DNA of 42,117 nucleotides from an uncultured Dehalococcoidales bacterium (GTDB lineage Bacteria; Chloroflexota; Dehalococcoidia; GIF9; UBA5629): NCBI GenBank assembly GCA_964510365.1, contig CAZEAR010000001.1, positions 1 to 42,117 of the forward strand, read 5' to 3'. Shown piece by piece: positions 40,354 to 42,117 of this stretch (position 1 is its first letter; each line of letters starts with the position of its first letter). The notes under the pieces were generated by a model. It saw only the letters and a program-made list of their open reading frames with translations, ran no database searches and was not told where the DNA came from. The position numbers and the translations under genes were made by a program.

Positions 40354-40835
40354 AAGAGTGTCCATTCTGCAATAACAAATTCGAAGGCAGGAAGTACTAT
40401 GAGGATGAACATTGCATAGCCGTATTGGCTTCCCCAGATATACGCGGTTACAGCCTGGTTATTCTCAAAAAGCATTATCGGGATATATCAGACATATGGA
40501 TCCCCGATAGTGAAATGATCGCACTTATAAAAACTGTTAATTTTATAAGTTTCAAATTGAAAGATCTATTAAAAGCTGAAAGGATCTATGTCGCTTCTCT
40601 CTGCGATGGCGTTGAACATCTTCATTTTCACCTGATCCCGCGCTATAAGTGGGAAAGGAAAGACTTTGATCGCTATAAGGAACTATTCACGGAAAGGGAT
40701 GGAATTGAATCAGTTGATCGCCAGATCTCAGTTAGTGTAATAGGTGGTTTTTGGTATTTGGCTGATATCGAACGATGGCCACGGTGCGAAGATACACCGG
40801 AATATTATGAAAAAATGCTGGAGATCCTGGCATGA
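40350..40835 (+). CDS. HIT (histidine triad) family nucleotide hydrolase/transferase
   Basis: N-terminal CPFC and the histidine triad HLHFHLIPR. ATGA-coupled on both sides within the sugar cassette. Confidence 0.75.
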   Translation: MKECPFCNNKFEGRKYYEDEHCIAVLASPDIRGYSLVILKKHYRDISDIWIPDSEMIALIKTVNFISFKLKDLLKAERIYVASLCDGVEHLHFHLIPRYKWERKDFDRYKELFTERDGIESVDRQISVSVIGGFWYLADIERWPRCEDTPEYYEKMLEILA

Positions 40836-41512
40836 AAAGGGTAGCAATTATTCAGGCCAGAATGGGATCTACCCGCCTTCCGGGGAAAGCACTCCGGGAT
40901 ATCTGCGGGAAGCCTATGATCCACCGAATAATCGATCGCGTTTCACAGTCACCGATCGATGAAATAATACTGGCGACAACGAATGATCCTCGGGATGATG
41001 AACTATGTCAATATGTGGAAAAACTCGGGGTAAGATCATACCGTGGCGAAACTTTAGATCTGATGAAACGGTATTATGAAGCCGCCCTGAAAAGCAATGC
41101 AGATTTTATAACCAAGATATCCGGCGATTGTCCCTGCGTGGATCCATACCTGATCACACTTACTATGAACTGCCTGGGATTATCCCACTTCTGCTATACA
41201 GCCGGATTTCCGCTAGGCGTGAATGCTTATTCCTTCACCTTCGATCGATTGAAATGGGCTGTCGATAACCTCAAAACGCCGGCGGAAAAGGAATTTCATC
41301 ATCAATATATGAGTGCCGGCGGGTATGTAATATATTCAAAATGGGATATCCACGGTTTCAATTTCATGGTCGATACTGGCGAGGATCTGGAGTTTATTCA
41401 TAAAGCATATTCAAATCTGGGTGATTATTTCACGCATGATGATCTCGTGAAATGGGCTATGGAGCTCGCTGTCTCTGAATTCAAAGATGGAAAGCGGGTA
41501 CGGCACTTATGA
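40832..41512 (+). CDS. SpsF/PseF-type cytidylyltransferase (CMP-nonulosonic acid synthetase candidate)
   Basis: The N-terminal VAIIQARMGSTRLPGKALRDICGKPMI is the signature of the SpsF/acylneuraminate cytidylyltransferase family. Confidence 0.7.
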   Translation: MKRVAIIQARMGSTRLPGKALRDICGKPMIHRIIDRVSQSPIDEIILATTNDPRDDELCQYVEKLGVRSYRGETLDLMKRYYEAALKSNADFITKISGDCPCVDPYLITLTMNCLGLSHFCYTAGFPLGVNAYSFTFDRLKWAVDNLKTPAEKEFHHQYMSAGGYVIYSKWDIHGFNFMVDTGEDLEFIHKAYSNLGDYFTHDDLVKWAMELAVSEFKDGKRVRHL

Positions 41513-42117
41513 CATGGGATGAATTCAACGACAATTACGGTACGATTTTCAGCAGTACGAAGTGGCTGGATCTAATCGATCAGGAATCGAAAACATTTGT
41601 CCTGAATAAAGGGGATGAACCGATAGCTGGGCTGGTACGTTTCGGGACTCCGATTGTCAAATTTACACTTTACCATGGAGTTATATTGAAAGATCCGAAA
41701 TATGAATATCCTGCCATGAAACATTTTGCTGAATTCAGCGGACTCTACCTTATGAATCATTACTCGATAAAAGATATCCGTCCTTTCATGTGGAAGGGAT
41801 ATCGCCCTGTTGTCCGCTATACTTACCTTGTTAAAAAACTGGATCCAGACAAGGATACAAGGAATCAAATCCGGAAGGCCGAAAGGAACGGGCTGGAAGT
41901 AAAAGAGGGTACTATCGAGCAATTCTTCAATCTTTACCAGGAAACATTCCAGCGTAAAGGCATGGATCTTCCGGCGGATCTGAAATGGTTTCAGAGATTT
42001 GATCAGGTAATTAAACCGAAGATATTGATCATTGAAGGCCTGGCAGCGGCTATATTCATGTCGGACCGGCACCGGGATTATTATATCTTCGGCGCATCTT
42101 CCCGAGAAGGTCAAAGC
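41509..42117 (+). CDS. 5' part of the junction-spanning FemAB/BioF2-like (GNAT-fold) transferase (continues at 56..196 on the circle; about 250 aa in total)
   Basis: ATGA coupling to the previous gene. It has 203 sense codons running to the window end (MTWDEFNDNYGTIFSSTKWLDLIDQES...AAIFMSDRHRDYYIFGASSREGQS), and the ...YYIFGAS motif is typical of the FemAB-like family. The ORF track shows only an antisense ORF here. Confidence 0.6.
   Translation, partial: MTWDEFNDNYGTIFSSTKWLDLIDQESKTFVLNKGDEPIAGLVRFGTPIVKFTLYHGVILKDPKYEYPAMKHFAEFSGLYLMNHYSIKDIRPFMWKGYRPVVRYTYLVKKLDPDKDTRNQIRKAERNGLEVKEGTIEQFFNLYQETFQRKGMDLPADLKWFQRFDQVIKPKILIIEGLAAAIFMSDRHRDYYIFGASSREGQS
42063..42117. repeat. Terminal direct repeat, copy 2 (identical to 1..55)
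   Basis: Exact 55/55 identity with the window start. Confidence 0.95.

Noticed and set aside
41572-42114. 180-aa minus-strand ORF from the ORF track
   Set aside because: It is antisense to a 203-codon plus-strand frame that is ATGA-coupled to the upstream operon and continues across the circular junction. The minus product is hydrophobic and low in information and would be the only antisense gene in the cassette.

Overview
This window is one complete, circularly closing genome of a tailed dsDNA phage. Bases 1-55 are identical to 42063-42117, leaving about 42,062 bp of unique sequence. I recognised no integrase, tape-measure, sheath, tube, rRNA, CRISPR or endolysin, so a short-tailed, non-integrating phage is inferred. 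Order on the circle: (1) a plus-strand replication/recombination module at 11105-20794, with a PD-(D/E)XK exonuclease, HNH, a lambda-O-like initiator carrying iterons inside its own gene, a DnaB-type helicase and RusA. (2) A five-gene minus-strand operon at 20774-23255 (RHH regulator, hexapeptide tandem-repeat protein, ArdC-N-like protein), driven from a divergent promoter/operator region. (3) A packaging/head module at 23410-37534: TerS candidate, TerL, portal, 730-aa and 1115-aa virion-associated proteins, scaffold, HK97-like capsid and a C2H2 zinc-finger protein. (4) A translationally coupled sugar cassette at 37608-42117 that continues through the contig junction to 2508. (5) Tail and tail-fibre genes at 2468-9277. 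(6) Membrane proteins at 9546-10895. Main points of interest follow. (a) The sugar cassette encodes five of the six steps of the pseudaminic-acid (nonulosonic acid) pathway, plus a possible sialyl/pseudaminyl-transferase-like domain, a HIT protein, a FemAB-like enzyme, an oxidoreductase and a DPPY methyltransferase, and it sits between the head and tail genes. (b) A roughly 380-nt noncoding island bounded by inverted repeats (13195-13575) contains a complete tRNA cloverleaf in circularly permuted order: 3' half, 5-nt linker, 5' half, no anticodon loop. (c) A near-perfect 11 x 18-bp tandem repeat encodes VG(G/E)YQ(K/E) hexapeptides. (d) GATC is strongly over-represented. All function calls come from motif recognition by eye and from memory of the families; no searches were run.
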